64,000 nucleotides of DNA from positions 109,618,001-109,682,000 of the forward strand of contig NC_086108.1 in assembly GCF_963921235.1 (NCBI RefSeq). The letters run 5' to 3'. A program made the position numbers and the translations under genes. Each line of letters begins with the position of its first letter. Within the stretch, counting starts at the first letter, position 1. A model generated the notes under the pieces. The model had not been told where the DNA came from, ran no database searches, and saw only the letters and a program-made list of their open reading frames with translations. Source of the DNA: Mobula hypostoma. Its lineage: Eukaryota. Positions 62,814 to 64,000 of this stretch are shown here, piece after piece.

Positions 62814-64000
62814 CTATGAACTCACATTGAAGGATTCTACATCTCACATACTCAATATTATTTATTACTTATTTATTTATTTTTATTTTTTCTTTTTGAA
62901 TTTGCCCAGTATGTCATCTTTTGCACAGTGGTTGTTTGTCAGTCTGTGAATAGTTTTTTCATTGATTCTGTTGTATTTTTTTTTGTAACTACTGTGAATC
63001 CCGGCAAGAAGGTGGACCCCAGGTTGTATACAGTGACAAATACATACTTCGACAATAAGTTTACTTCGAACATTTGAACTTTGAACACAGCATGCCCACA
63101 TCTTACGGGGAGGAAATCCATGTGGCCATAGGGAAAATTCCTTATAGGAAGTGTCGGGAATCGTACCCCAACCATTAGCTCTGTAAAGTGATTGCGCTAA
63201 CCACCACATCACAGCGCAGCCCCGGGTGTGATGGAGGTTTCATACGGAGGCTCTGAAGTGATGTGAGTTCAGGGTAGAAATATCTAAATTTTAAGACAAG
63301 AGGGAGAAACCTTGAGGATTATGTTGTGGGGTAAGTTCTATTTTATATAGACAGTTGTGAGTGCCTGGAAGGAGCTGCTAGGGGTGGTGACGGAGGCAGG
63401 AATGTAAGTGGTATTTCAGAGTCACCTAGGCAGGCATGGGAACAGGAGACAGCCCCCAAGCGTCATCGTATACTCTGACACTGACACTGCATGCCCACAA
63501 TGTTCAGCAGAACAACACAAGCAACATCAGTAACAAACAAACCTCTCTCTCACTCACACACTCAGAAAGGCCTCTAACCCCAGAACAGGCCATCTTCGAT
63601 CCTTGATCCTGGACTTGCAGACATGCAGACATCAGGCATCTAAGCTCCAGTCCCTGGCTAGACTCACAGTTATCAGTCCTTTAACCCTGAGTCCCTGGCT
63701 TGGACTCATAGTCAAAGACTTAGAGAGATCAGGCCTCCATATTCCAGACATGCCAATCCAGGGACTTTGACTTTCAGGCCTCAACCTCAACCCCACTTAC
63801 AAAGATCTCCAACCCCAGGGCACGGCGATGCCAGAAGCTTCAAAGTTTGGGCCTCCAGGTTTGCCCACTTTGGTCTTAGAACTTCAGGCTTCAACCTCCA
63901 GTAAAAACCCTGGCCCACATGGGCCTCTAACCCCAGGACTCGCCAGCCAGGGAGGGGTCACAAGGCCTTGTCCTCAGAGCCCAGCAACCACTGAGGAAGG

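Overview
This is eukaryotic, almost wholly repeat-derived DNA (intronic or intergenic). The repeat set is CR1/L3 LINEs with (ATAGA)n-type tails, Rex1/Babar, RTE, Penelope-like elements (PLE), V-SINE-like SINEs, Tc1 and hAT relics. That set suggests a cartilaginous fish, probably a ray (inference). I recognise no host protein-coding gene, rRNA, tRNA or CRISPR array, and every long ORF is retrotransposon-derived or simple repeat. Notable points: (1) minimal hammerhead ribozymes in PLE terminal repeats, with two intact cores, about 8 decayed copies and compensatory changes in stem II; (2) a 51-bp minisatellite derived from CR1 ORF2 sequence; (3) non-coding RTE-like short elements with a structured, possibly ribozyme-like 5' end; (4) a hAT fragment resembling mammalian Charlie4; (5) three CR1 inserts truncated at nearly the same point; (6) a CR1 ORF2 broken by a single Trp-to-stop change; (7) two solo LTR-like elements with target-site duplications (TSDs); (8) multi-level nested insertions. 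Family names come from motif recognition without database searches. Boundaries without a cited TSD are approximate.
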